DNA of 63,645 bases, counting the filler, from Sluysia triapertura (Eukaryota), in NCBI GenBank assembly GCA_046118255.1. It is 5 parts of 5 records of this genome, joined end to end, with 100 filler letters (N's around TTAATTAATTAA, not from the genome) between each part and the next. Parts side by side here need not be neighbours in the genome. Positions count along the whole stretch, not along the records: positions 40,670 to 51,729 come from JBJNIA010189497.1; positions 51,830 to 63,645 come from JBJNIA010168147.1; 3 more parts are not named here. The stretch is one strand, 5' to 3'. Made by a program: the position numbers and the translations under genes. Shown in pieces: positions 47,879 through 62,334 of this stretch. The notes below the pieces were generated by a model. That model searched no databases and was not told where the DNA came from. It saw nothing but the letters and a program-made list of their open reading frames with translations. Positions within the stretch are counted from its first letter, which is position 1; each line of letters opens with the position of its first letter.

Positions 47879-48818
47879 ATGGACAGGTCAGGTAATGATG
47901 TAAAAACTAATGATTTAGACTTTGAAATAATCAAAACGAATTACAAACCTAATGAATTTGATACAATTTTCAACTTGATTAATTCTGATAATAAGACTTT
48001 CAATAAAGTATTGTTGTTTTACCCATTATGTATACTGAATTTGCCAAAAGCAACTCATGTTAAATTTTTATCAGCTTCGTCGTTTTATGGTAAACGTAAA
48101 GAATTAAAAAATAATGAATCGTTATATGCTGGTGTCATGATCGTTGAGTCTATGCCTACGTCGAATAATATAATGAGTTACATTAATCGCGTGAATGTAA
48201 TCATAAAAAATATGATACAATTTGCTGGATTGTACACAAATCAAGTGATGCATCTTAGTGATGCATCTAATTAAGTTCAGCGGCTATATTTAAATCAATG
48301 TCATCCTTGTTTTTTGTTCTGACATCATTTGATGTTATTATAACAAATGCTACCATGTTTTTAGATTACTGGAAATCATCTAAGAGGATCGTAAACTATA
48401 CTAAACAGGATACAGAAAGATATGGTTTAAATATAGAAAAGATTCTATAGAAGAGATTTTATTGATGAATTTAGAAGTAAAACTAATGAAAGATAAAATT
48501 ATACTAAATCTAGCATCTGAGTCAAGCATTGGTGATGAAGATAAGCATAAAAGGCGTTTCGAAAATTCTCAAGTATTTAATTATACCAAATTAAGTAATG
48601 AAAGAAGTACAAAAATTATGTTTAGCAATTTGATTAAGGATCAGTCAAGAAATTACAATTCATTGAATTTCGAAGCATGTTATAAATTGGCTCTCTGTCC
48701 TTATGAAGCTGCTCAAGAAGATAAATGCTCCAAGTTCGGAACCAAATGTAAGTATCTACATTCAATCAATGAACTACAAGAACGTAACATCGACTATATG
48801 ATCCGATCGACACAGTAG
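47879..48818 (+). pseudogene. Disrupted gene with a CCCH zinc finger
   Basis: YKLALCPYEAAQEDKCSKFGTKCKYLHS resembles YKTELC-type CCCH fingers; upstream ORF interrupted by stop/frameshift. Confidence 0.5.
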
Positions 48819-51156
48819 ATTAAACTACAGTAGACTAAACAATTTGTTGGCAAGTGTTGGCATTCAAATTACAAAGACCACTGATGACACTACTATAACG
48901 CTATTTCAAGGGATTAATGTTGTTAGTAACAATAAAATAATAATTTATAGTGTTTTAACTGAACATATTTTATTTTTATATTTTTATTTAGACGAAGAAA
49001 CATGCTCTCAAACAAGGTGGCATAAATCGGGATGTATTATAATCAATATTTTAAATTTGAATTCTATAAATAAAATTAGTTATTTGAACGCCTTATATTT
49101 TATTTTTTTAAAGTAATGATGATTCTCCTAATTAATTTAATAAAGAAATGTTGTAAATACAATGAAGTTTTAATGACGAATTTTAAAGAACCAAATTTAA
49201 CAATCAATTTTAGTTTAATAATTTCAGATGATTATAATCCTTTATTATTAATAAATCATTACAATTTTATTTCGATTTAAATATTTTATATGCTTATCCT
49301 ACCGTTACAGTTCATCATAATGCCTAATATTAATTCTTTAATAATGCTGAACTTATTCTGTTATCCTTAGTCTTGGCCCTTATAATTCCTTCACCAATTC
49401 CAGCAAATTAAAGTACTTACAGGTAAAATCATATATCAAGTCTGGATCTAAAAATTAAATTTAATATAAAAATAAATTTAATATTGAAAATTAAATTAAT
49501 AAATGCAGCGATTCCAAACTTTAAGACGTCATTTCAAACACAGTAATACAAATTTTATTTACTTATTCACTGCTTCACTTTCATCTTTACACTTTTATAA
49601 TTGTATTTCAAAAAATTTCAAGTGGTAATTTTTGCGTTAAGACTGAAATTGAACATAATGAATTATCGAATATTAATCAAAATTTTTCATTAAATTTTAG
49701 GTTTAATGGAGCAATGTTTTTCAAATTCTGACAACTTCGAGATAGCTGGAGCTATCAAATCATATCCGGCATTGTTTATATTTGATTGTGATTATAAGGA
49801 ATTTTTCGAAACTTATCCAGGCTTATGTACTCAGTCACTCATATAAATTCAAGTTTTTTCTAATTTATTTCTTTTCTTAAATACAAATGTCTTATTTTTC
49901 TTAGGATTCGCGTATAGTCTACGATTTAAACTAACTTATACATTCAATAGAATTTAAGTACTAAATATTATTCCTCATGTCAATAATGTAGACCTTATAT
50001 AAATGAAACTCATGAATTTAATTGATTAGAAGATGGATCTCTTGGGACTCTTCTTAAAATTAACCTAGTAATAATTCTGAAAAACTTTAATACTTATCGG
50101 TTGAAACTGATCTCGAAACTATTTAAAATGTACTAAATACTAAATGAAATACTAAAAAAACATTTCAAACGATAGTAACGATATTCTCATATAATTCTCG
50201 TTAAATACATTTGAAATGATTTAGTAAATGTTACTATATTTTTGTACATTTTAAAATGTGTTTAGATGAAGCATTAATTTTCCTTAGAGTTTCAGATGAT
50301 AAAGTATAAAAGTAAAATGATTTGGTGTTCTGACTTTTGATTTACGTAACATTAGGTTAATTAAAGATATTAGAGATTTTAAAGTTACCAAACACATTCA
50401 TAATATTACATTAATTAGAGATTTTTTGGATGATCTAATCTTTTCAATGGTAATAAAGAATAATTTGAAAGGCATTTTAGAAAATTATCAAATTAAATGA
50501 ATGATTAATTTAAGTGATACCAAATACATTCATAATGTTAAGTCATTCAAACATATTTGGTTAACTTATTAGATCCGATTGTAATAAATAATTTTTTCAA
50601 GCTATTATTTTAGATTCAAGATTTAGGATTTCACGAAATAATAGGTTTTGGAGAACAATAACTTTGCATTCAGATATCACTGTTTGAACTTAAAGGAAGT
50701 ATTTATGCTATTCTTATTTGATTTTGTGATGTTAAATTTCAGTTTTAATAAAGTTTCAATTTGTTTCTATCGTTACGATTTGAGCATCCAAAACTGTGAA
50801 TTAATATTCATATTTTTCAAAGTAATCAACCACTTTAAGTCAAATCTTAATAACTATTTTTTGTTATATTCATATTCTAACTACAAACATTTTATTTCAA
50901 GCAAACTTAATTATGATTACATCGGATTTGATAAATTAAAATTTTACCAAAATAAAAATAAAAATTAATTCAATTATGAAATTAATTTAGAAATAAAATT
51001 AACAAGATTTATAGAAATTATGAAATTAATAATTAAAATTATTAGCAGAATTGTTGGGATACATGCTTAAAGTGCCATAGAATAATGATAAAATAACTGT
51101 CATAATGATATATTGATATAATGATTTAATGACTATAAAAAACAAAATTGTTAGAC

Positions 51157-51247
51157 GGGGTTGATAACTCAGTGGGTAGGGTATCGAACTGCGCAGTGAG
51201 AGGGTCCGGGTTCGATTCCTTGTCAGTCCATTTTATGAAGTCTAACA
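51157..51247 (+). mobile_element. tRNA-derived SINE / tRNA pseudogene
   Basis: taactcagtgggtag A-box-like segment, GGTTCGATTCC B-box, non-tRNA 3' tail shared with the 32751 copy. Confidence 0.7.
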
Positions 51248-51652
51248 TAATTAATAACTGAAAATTAATAATGATAATAATATAAATAATAATGATAAAC
51301 AGATAAATGAGTTGATAAAACAGTATCATTTATGTTTAGATAGAACGTTGAAAAAGCTGTAAAATCTTTAAATGTTTTTAAGGTCTATAATTGATAAAAA
51401 TTCATATGATAATTAACTTAATTAAAATGCACTTTGTAAATTAACTTTGGATTGAAATGTGACATTATTCGAAAAGCTATACGTTGAATGAAAAATATAA
51501 TACGTAATTCATAGAAAATTAGAGTCTTACGATTTAAATTAACAGAGGTAACACAATTATTATTACTTGAATTAAGTCCAACAGTGTTAACAAAGTATTA
51601 TGCATCACTGAATAAGCGCATATGCTAGAAACACATGTATGTTGATTTCTTG

Positions 51653-51729
51653 TTAACCCTTTCAGCCCCGGGACCGCCATATGGCGTCAATGGCGATTTT
51701 TTCTCTTACACAACTGCTATGCAAGATCC
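51653..51729 (+). mobile_element. piggyBac-like terminus at contig end
   Basis: TTAA-CCCTTT start followed by GC-rich sequence; similar GGTTAA ends near 16690 and 51935 at other contig edges. Confidence 0.5.
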
Positions 51730-51829
51730 NNNNNNNNNNNNNNNNNNNNNNNNNNNNNNNNNNNNNNNNNNNNTTAATTAATTAANNNNNNNNNNNNNNN
51801 NNNNNNNNNNNNNNNNNNNNNNNNNNNNN
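51730..51829. other. Artificial contig linker
   Basis: N-run + TTAATTAATTAA + N-run. Confidence 0.99.
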
Positions 51830-54548
51830 TAGTTATAAGACGCTTACACTAAAATATAGTTTAGTAAATAATGCAGCAATAAAAAAATGAGTTTTTTTGG
51901 ACGTTTTTTTGAAAAAAAATTGAACGTTAAGGGGTTAATTTGGAATCTTTCAAAAACTGCGTTCTAAATATAGTTCGTTATTTTTCTGGTTACTAGTTAT
52001 ATCTACATTTTGTATTGTAAAACCGGTCCAACCTGGCTTTTGCTTGGTTGTAGAAATTAACGATTTCTGACTGTTCAGTTTTGTGTTCCCAAAAGCAGTA
52101 TATATTTGTTTGGCTTATCACAGTATTTTTCTTAATTTACTAGCTTATATTCTTTTTGAAAGACTTACCTATTGGATTTATTAAAGTATATTTGTAGGAT
52201 CTTTATGTCAATTTTATTCTTACTGTTGCGAATTATTTCTTATTTATCTTTATGTCACTCAAATTATGTATTTATTATCTTTTACAAAAAACCAAAAAAA
52301 AATTTAAATATTTATTACTCAAATAAGACTATCAAAATGTAAATATACGCAAAATCAAGTTTAATTTACGAAAATAGATTATAATAAATTGACATATTAA
52401 GTGTAATAATTAATTATATTTTAAACCTAGATTTTAACTAGGTGCAAAAATGTTATAGTTACCTGGATTTTAAACCTTCGTTTAAAGAAAATGAAAGCCT
52501 AACAAATAAAGCTTACTGCTTAATATAAGCAAGACAAATAGGATAAGTTTCACAGGTAATATTTATTTGAGTGTTATAACATATCAACCAAAAACCATAT
52601 GATTAGTTTTTACCAGTATAATGTATTGAGCGAAACAAATTAAGTACTCGTGCCAAATCGACGGTTTATTGATCTTGCTTATACACTTTTAATCATATTA
52701 TTTTGAAACTAAAGCAATTTAGGTATAACTTTTTAGTTTTGGTAAGTAGAAGCACTTCGTATAAATATTGACGTTACTTAATTAAATAAATTATTTATTT
52801 AGTTTTTGCTTACTTTGTTTCACAATTTAAATATTTCAATATGTCAATTAATTTTTAAAGTAAACATTTAAATAAATATTTAATTACTTTCCATAAATAT
52901 ACTCATTTGAATTATAATTATTTCACATTATTTGAATTTTGAACTTCGAGGGTAATACAAAAAAACATGAGCCAGTCTTTCTGATTTTATATGGTATATT
53001 TGAATTGTAAGAATCTTCTTGATTTTTGAACAATTTCCATTATTACAGAATGTTCTACTTCTGAAGCTCTTTGCTATATTCATTTTAATGAAGAAGGTAA
53101 TTATCTAGAAAAAGCTCGCTTAGATCTGCATTTTCCACTTGAGTTTGAACATTGAGAAGATAACTTATTTCTGTAAGTCGTGAAAGAAACTCACTCTCTC
53201 AAAAATTTAATTTTCAAAATACAAATTCCGGATATGTGCGTTGATGTCTCTAATTGCTCTAGTCAAATCTGATATTTAAGCAGATAGTTTTGAATATAAA
53301 GCATGATAATATTATAAAAAAGAATTGAAAACAACATCTTTATCACTGAAACATATTTTGAACGAGATACAGATCAACACATCAATCTACAGTCACAATT
53401 ATTCTTCGCTTTTCAACGTATCTGAGAAAGACTTTAAGACTTTATAGTTTCCGTTAGGGAGGTTCTCATAATATTTGAATTGCTTGGATTCTTAAGATCA
53501 CCCAAAAAGAGATTCGGATTCATCTGGATATAGTTAAAACATATATATCATATTCTACACTGGCAATTTTTATTCATTTTCGTATTTTCCATTTATCAAT
53601 TTATTTGCAGCCTCTTCAAGAGAAAACATTTATTGATTTGATGCCTTCTATTCTGATTAGTTTGCATTATATACTAAAAATGTTCATCAGATTGAATTTC
53701 CCATATAAACACACACACACACACACACATGTTTTTATAGACTTCAACGAACACAAAAAATTCAGAATTTAAAAATGATCACTATATTCAATGTAGGACA
53801 TAATAGACAAATAATGCTGCACATTAATAATAAAATTAACTATCTGAATTATACAGATTATTTTTGAAATAAACTTATATTGAACATTTGTCAAAATGAC
53901 CATATTCGTACAAATGATTAACAAATTGTATTTAATTTTTTAAAAATTCAATATTCCTCATTTATTATTACTCTATGAAACACAAAATATACTAGAAAAT
54001 TGAAATATACATAATGAAATATAATCATTTATTTATGGATTCATTTACCAACATCGGAAAAATTTACATTATGTTAGACCGTACAATGGACTGATGGGGT
54101 TTCAAATGTAGCGACTTTTCTCAGCCAATGTTCTATCAACCAAAGCTAATCATTGATTTGTATTATTTTCAACTAACAGCTCTTTTGCAAACCAAATGCA
54201 ATCAAAAGAGAAATAGCATCCAAACTACTTATTTTAATACAACACAACTATCATTTAAAAAATACATAATTTATTTTACAATATAGATATTTATTAATAC
54301 ATTATATATTTATTTATTTATTATTATGATTTATTATTATTTTTATATTTATTATTTTTAACATTTTTGTTCTAAATTTAGATTTTAGAATTTTTTATCT
54401 GATAAAATATAATACGAAGTTTTTAGCTTAAGAACTTCTGGTCTGAAATACAAAAAAACAAGATTTTAAAATCATTTTATTCACAAAAACAAAAACAACA
54501 GAATTAGATTAATGATTTCTGTCTATTCGTGTGTACAAGAAAAATAAC

Positions 54549-57500
54549 CTCTGGATCTTCTAGACTAGTAAAATTTGGAGTAATAAATTGTACCACACCA
54601 TCACCAGAGCCTGGAAGCAAAAGTCCATTTACAAGCAATATGAACAAAATGACATATGGTAACAACACAGTTACGTATACAACCTACAATTATTATTATA
54701 ATTATTATTGTGAGAATTAAATCATATATTATAATTATAAATTACAATAAAATAAAAATCTAATTAAAAAACTTACTAAACTTAAAATAATATAAATAAA
54801 ATAAATCTAAATTACTTTGTAATGTTAAAGGAATATCTCAGAAAAAATATTTTTAAATGCCTTTAAATAAGCATATACATAAAATCACTATTTAGTAGTT
54901 AATTTTAATTCAAAAATTAAATCAATACATAAACGAAAATCGAACAATATTTTTATTTTAATGAAATATTAACATTTATTTATTGTACTCATAAATTAAA
55001 ATTAAATTTATTTTCTATTTATTGTTCATTGGATCAAATCATTTATAAAAATCAATTTTAAATCAGTTCAAGATAATGTAGTTTTTATACAGTTTTTGTT
55101 TTTTCTATTTTTTATGTAATGCAGAATAGGTATTTTCTATCAATAATATTTCCTCTGGGAAATACACATTTCCTCAAATTTTTATAGTGGGGAAATGTTA
55201 GCATTTTTTAAAAAGTTATTTTCCTTCAATAAGTTTTTATAAACTAAGTATCAAATATGTTTTATTCATCGAGAATATCAGATTCCGTTACAGAACCAGA
55301 GTTAAAAACTTCGATCCAACTGTTGGGTCCTTTCCAACGTTTAGCTTCTCGAAAGTACCAATGAGCTCTCTAAAATTTTTTATAATTAGAAGTTAGAAAA
55401 TGGTAGAAGATGGAAAAATAAAAGACTAATTATAACTAATTAATTTTCTATTATAATATGTTACGCGTTTAGTTGATGTTGTCACAAATTCAGAAGATCA
55501 CTGTCATGTATGTTGGCTATGTCAAACTCAAAATGGTAGTTTGGATATGAAAATATGAAGAGAATTTAGACCTACAGTCTGGGATTGGAGGTCGTACTGG
55601 GACTAGAGAACTTTGTTCAACTTTAACTTTTACATCTTTTTGAAATTTATTAGAACTGTGTACATTTAACTTCCTCTAAATGTACGACAATGTAAAATAA
55701 GTACACTTTATTTTATGATTCCTCATTCCAGAACAAAAAAGACAATTTGGAATTTATTGTTTATAAACATAAAACAAAATCAGAAATTGTAGCTATTAAA
55801 AATTAAAAGTATTTATCTTTAGGTTACAAAACGGAAATTTTTTTTGGAACAGGTGGATAATCAGACACGGAAACTTTTCCATTTTTCTTCGATTTGCAAA
55901 TTTTAAATAGTTAAATACTTGCCAGTACTGTTGAATGTTAACAGTATTATAATTTTATTATAATCATATTATAATTTTAACCATATATGTCATTGAATTA
56001 TATCAGTATTGCTAATCAGTATTTGTTTTTTTTAGCAGGCTTTCTATTTTTTATTGATATCTGTGTTCTCTTCATCATGCTTGTTAGATGCTAATTTAAT
56101 GTGAGATTTTTTGCTTCCTCGTTTCATATTTTTGGCTAATTTTTGCTAATTTGTCTTTTTGAGTTTTTAGTTGTTTTATGTTAACTTTAAGTCACAGTTT
56201 TAAGTTCTCATGAATTTTTAATATTGCAATATAATTTTCGTCATTTTTTATTATAATTTTAGAAAATTTTTATAGGTTTAAAAATTTAAAAGTGAGGTTA
56301 TTTAATATAATTTTATTGCCATGGCCGCAGAAACTTAACAGCAATATAATAATATAATATAATATAATGCATTATATTGCTTTAGTGCGTAACGTCCATA
56401 TTTTGTAATCAAAAGTTTATCCATGCATGCTAAAATATTATAATTACTTAAAGATAAACATCCATTTTATAAAATTTCGCTATAAAATTGTATCGAATAC
56501 TCTTAGAATAATCTTAGAAGTCAAACTCACGAAAAAACTAGTGATTGTAAAAGGCACTTCGAAAATTATTCAACAATTCAATTCAATATATCACATAACG
56601 AGTTATCACTCAATATAAAGCATACTGATTCATCAACTGTTCGAGTTATTGGAACAGAATATCTATCACCAAATTACCTATCAAAAAATTAGATTTTTAT
56701 AGGAATATCATCGATTACAAATTATTTATTCTGATTCAGTGTATTATAAGTTTATTTTCTTGCTTAAGCACAAATAAAATATGCATAAATATATAAAACA
56801 TTTTAAAATACGACTAATATTATAAACATTTATGAAGGATTGTTGTAATTTAATATTTAATAGCATTTTTTTGTAAATTTCATCTATAAAACTTTATTTA
56901 TTTGTCTGTTCAGTATACTCGAAAATTATTATTTGCATAATTTTTGTCTATAAAAAAGACCAAATATTTAGTATTACAAATTTAAATAATTTAATATAGC
57001 TTTGAAACATTGTTTAGTACTTTATTTTGTTTAATAATTTATAAACTTGAGTCATGACTTTAGTACAAATTCAACACGTAGTATAGTAAATTATTTAGTG
57101 TAATACTAGAGATGACTAGTAATATTTTGAGTATGACCCACTTTAAGGAATAACAGGGTACCAAAAAGTAGAATAATTATTAGTACATCGTGATATTATA
57201 TTCATAAGAGCTTAGAAAATTCCTTGAGAAGAATCTTAAGACTCTTTCAAGCTAACAATTAAAAGGAAATTCTTATATGGTTGCCTTCCAGAGGATTTAA
57301 GTCGTTTACTATAGGAAAAACATATGCATTATTATTATAAATATTTTAGTATCATTAATACATAATATCATAAATATAACCTTGCCGGAGCTTTTAACTC
57401 CTCTTCTTATAGCCAAGAAAAGTGTTATAAAGACAATTAATGTGCAGAAAACTAGCTGCCATCTTGGAGGACCAATATCGCTAATTCCATTACTAAGATG

Positions 57501-60500
57501 AACTCCTAGTACAACTCTTCTGAATTTATAATTTAATAATATGCTAAATTGAATATGAATAAGTTATGTGAAATAGTTGTTTAAATATTTTAGGATTATT
57601 AAACAATTTAATTGAGTTTTTATTTTCATGAGTTTGAATCTAAGAGTTTTTCGATGTCAAATTATGAACAATGCTGTAATAAATAATAATAATAATAATG
57701 TGATAACTAGTGCACTATTTTGTGAAACAAATTATCCAGAAATCCTTCTCAACTGTTAAGAAGTTTGATGATTGTTTAGAAAATATCGTCTGCAATAGGA
57801 ATGAGTTGCACTTGTAACCGATTGCAATACGTGAACGTAATGCGCAAACGCAACAGTATGCTTATAGTTATGACTCGTAGTGAAATAGGATGTATAAACA
57901 TTGAATGTATGTCACATGTCGATCGTGACACATTTTCAAGATAAAAATAGATCTTACATACACAAAATTGGATATCCCTGGCCAAAACATAAATGTGGCA
58001 TTGACTTTTAATCACCATTTTATTACAATTTTATTAATCATTAATATGTTCATGTAATGATAGAAAACAGTTTTTTATTCAATACTTATAAAGCTTGTAC
58101 TAACGAGATTAAACTTTGGCATACAAAGTTTTACGCGGTGTTACATATTATTCATGTTGATATAGATTTTAGACAGTAATGAGAAATGTGCTGTGTTTTC
58201 TTGTAGTACTTCTGCATATATCATTTTATCGTCAATATTTATTGTCCGTATGAATAAAGACGAGCACGAAATCAATGTTGCAGTAATCAATAATAAATTG
58301 TTAATTTTTTTACTTTGATCAGATCAAATAAACGATTATATATTTCGCATTACGCCTTTACACTTTGCTTTACAAAAATAACTTAGTGGTAATAGGATTA
58401 ATAATGAAAATGCTTCATGCGTTGAATTTTTGGAATTATCCAATTTTCAGATAAAGAATGAATAAAAGTAGATCTATAAATGGGATAAAGGCACGAAGAC
58501 TTAACATAAAATAAGGTATTATTGAATGAAGAATTGTGAATATAAAACTAAGACAATCTTTTAATATAAACATTAAAGAATACCTCAGAGTTTTCAAAGA
58601 CCATTACTGCATTTTAAGATTCTTGAAGAACCTTAAAAATATCTTGAAGTACCTTTGAAATTGTGAAACTTTGGAACTATATGGGACCTTATAAAAATTT
58701 AAGAAATCTTTAGAACTGTAATAAGTTTTTGAAATCATTGAATAATCTTATGGAATATCCAAAATCTTTAAAATATTTGCGATAACAAAAATAAATTTGA
58801 TAAGTAGATAAGTAGACAGATAATGTTGACAGTGAAAATAACTAGAACTTTAGAACGATATATAACCTTTAAATATAAAATAGGATAAATTCTAAAGAAA
58901 GATTAATTAATTAAATTCTTAATTAACTTTAATATGTGAAAATAAGTTTTTATAAAATAACTTTAGAATGAGGAATAAATGATAAAATAATGATTGCGTG
59001 TAAATTCGTTTTTGTTAGACCCTTTGATAGAGATATTATTCATTATTGAGCAAAGTTAAATTTTAATTAATTCTGAAAACTAAAACATTAAATTCTTCAT
59101 ATTTAAAATGATATAATGAGATAACTGGTATACATGGGAATAGTTTGGTAATAAGCTTCAAATATTTACGAAATGGTTTGTTTGACAAAATATTAAACGT
59201 TTTCATTAAAAAAATTGGCCACGAACAACTAAATATTAAATAAATTCTAAAAACTAAATTTAAAATCATTATTTTCAAATAGACCTTGTTAGTAATGATA
59301 ATTAATTCCCAGTTTTCATATTATCTAAAACAAATGAACTATACAACGTATTCTAATTCTAATAAAATGTAATTCAGTTGGTATTCACTTTTCCAAAGCA
59401 TTTTATAAATAGTACAACCTGACATTGAAATAAAATGGTGTTTTAAAGTTTTTAAAAAATATATGATATTGATCAAAAATTATTAAGCATCATTTTACAA
59501 TTTTGTAAGCAATATTTTAGCATAAAAATTCATCTTCGTATATATTTAATGCAGCTTCTTATTAATATCAAAAAAATTATTTCTTTAAATCCAAGAATTT
59601 GATAAAAGTTCAATATTCAAAATTGCAAATTTTGAAAATATTCTATTATTCCTGAATAAAGCTCTAGATTCTGATAGTGAAACTAGGAAAATAATGGAAA
59701 AACTTCTTTAGAACTCTCACCCTAATTATATATTTATAAATAATTTGGCTATAATTATTTATTTTTAATTTATTCGTATGTAAATAATGATCTCCAAGTT
59801 CTGGGTGCATATGTCCAACAATTTGATTTCTTAAGTCATATCACTTTGTCCCATTATTGACTGAACAGATCACAGATGATCACGGACAAGAACAAATAAA
59901 TCCTAAAATGGTATCCGATTATTGTTTACTCATAGCACTGAGATACATATACTAATGTTTTTCGACCCTCGTTTTTACACTTTCTTAAAATGGAGGATTC
60001 GTTAAAACAAAAATGCTAGAGGATGATTATTAAATTAATGCTTAGAATCACATTCTCCCGATAGACATTTTCGAAATTTGATAGTAGCATACATACTTGC
60101 TATTTATCTATGTGAATAAAAACTTATTGCATATTTAATATTTAAAATTAATAATATCAATAAATATAATTACTCGAAATATTCAAGACTGGATATTGAT
60201 AAATTTTGATTCTTAACTTTAATAGAATCATTAAGTTGTTTTGTTAAATTCAGATAATCAGACATTTCGATACAATTGACAGTACTGATGTTATTATGGC
60301 AATACATCCATGGTAATAAAGACGTAAATGATGCAAATAGAAAATAAATACCCCATCCATTAATGACATTGTAATACAAAGCAACAATGAATGAAATTAA
60401 ATTTTGAGCAACTCCAACACCTACAAAAAATCGATTTATTAATTATTAATTATTAATTATTAATATTGAACCATAAAATAAAGGACAGATATTCCAAATA

Positions 60501-60603
60501 GCAATGGCTCCTTTTTGATGAAACTGACCTAATATTAATTCCATGTAAAACAAAGGTACAGCTCCAATAATGAGCATCAGAAAATATGGTATTAGAAATG
60601 CAC
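54549..60603 (-). CDS. SLC6 sodium:neurotransmitter symporter (monoamine-transporter-like), internal exons 60603-60472, 60420-60174, 57519-57381, 54683-54549
   Basis: [28 protein letters not shown]; [18 protein letters not shown]; [19 protein letters not shown]; [23 protein letters not shown] boundaries are phase-compatible. Confidence 0.92.
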
Positions 60604-62334
60604 CTGAATGGAAAATACATCGATTATTCATATTATATATCAACGTAAGCAAACTCCGGCCCACGAAATCTTTAGAAATTATGAATAAATATTAAGAACG
60701 TTCATAATTTAGAAGATGTAATAAAATGAACATATCCAAGGGACAAAAAAGATAATAATATTAATGTACAATAATAATCATTATCATAATAAAAATAGCA
60801 ATATTCTGTAATATTGATACTAGAGTCCTAGAAGTGTACTTAATTGTTGAAAATGCGTAGTTAAATAAAAAACTTTGTCAATTTTGTTAATATTAATAAT
60901 ATTTATTAAAACTAATAGTAACATCAATTAGTAATAAATAATAATAATAGTAATCAATTGTTGATAATAAATAAAATAAGTTATAACAATGATAACGAAA
61001 ACAATTAGTTAATGATTTAATTTAATATTTATTAAAATTAATGGTTTGTTTTCGTTATCAGTCACTATATAAAGGATGCTGATCCATTCTAAACAATGTT
61101 ACTCGAATGAATCAATTACTGATGACCATTGTGGAGTAAGTAATTAGTTTTCATGTATTTAAATCAGTAGAACAGGTTTTTCGTAAAAAAAACTTCGACA
61201 GATCGTTTTTGGGATTCATTCGGAATTTCGATTTTTATTAACAGTAAGATTTATTTATGCTTTTACCTTTTTTAAGTGGAACTTTAAAATTTGCGTAAAT
61301 TCTCATATTTTTTGTATCTAGTTTAAAACTAGATTTAAAATCAGAAATCAAATTACATTTCTATATTAAGCAATGCGCTTCATATAATAATCCTTCATAT
61401 GTGATTATATTACTCCAGCAACATCACACATATCCATAAAATTTATAGTGTACACACCAAAAATTACTCTGCATAAATCACCACACCATACTATATAAAT
61501 TCCTATATTTCTATAATCAAAATTTAACTTTTAAAATAATAAATTCATAAAATTGTTAAATAAACTTAAACTAATCTTTTCACTTACTAACATTATCAAA
61601 ACATTGCAATTATGATTGTCATCATAATTATTATTACCACCACAGACATCATTAACCCTTAAATAAACTTCGACTACAAATTCAATATTGTAAAACATTA
61701 TCGCCACTGTATTATTCTTTCTATCCTACTATTTTTTCATTTTTATTTTATTTTTATCTTTCTACTTTGTTATAATACGATTGTTTCCTTTCGATTTACA
61801 AGAACAATTATCTTGATAATGCCTATTGTGATTCTCCATGCTACATAAATCCGACAAATTATTTATCTAATTAAAATATTTTGTATCATGAGAAAATAGT
61901 TGAAATATTTTGTAACAGGAATTGATGTTACAAAAAGCAACGAACAGTCTGGGAAAAATTATTTTGCTTAAAGTTAATATTACTTCTATCAGTTTTAAAG
62001 CATAACTAAATTGTTTATCTGAAAAATGTTTAGAAATTATTGGTACTGCGAATGCAGCTTTAACTTTATACTCTTTTATAAATGAAATTTGTTTATAGGT
62101 CAATCAAACAATTTAGTAGACTCTTTATTTGGCAAAGAAATATATGTAGAATTAATAAGACAATTAATTAAATAAATAAATAAATATTAATTAGTATTAA
62201 GTAAATAAATAATTAAATATTAATTAAAAATAAATAAAAACATTAAACTAATACGAAATCTCAATAAATTCTCAAATATCACAATAAATTTTCAATTACA
62301 AATTCAAAATTATAAAGCTCAGTATATTCTAAAT

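Noticed and set aside
51157-51230. Functional tRNA gene
   Set aside because: Acceptor and anticodon stems do not pair cleanly, and a non-tRNA tail is shared with another copy; better explained as a SINE.
57776-58350. Possible MULE/SWIM transposase relic (similarly 35520-36600 and 52970-53650)
   Set aside because: Slightly GC-richer, stop-ridden sequence without convincing diagnostic motifs.
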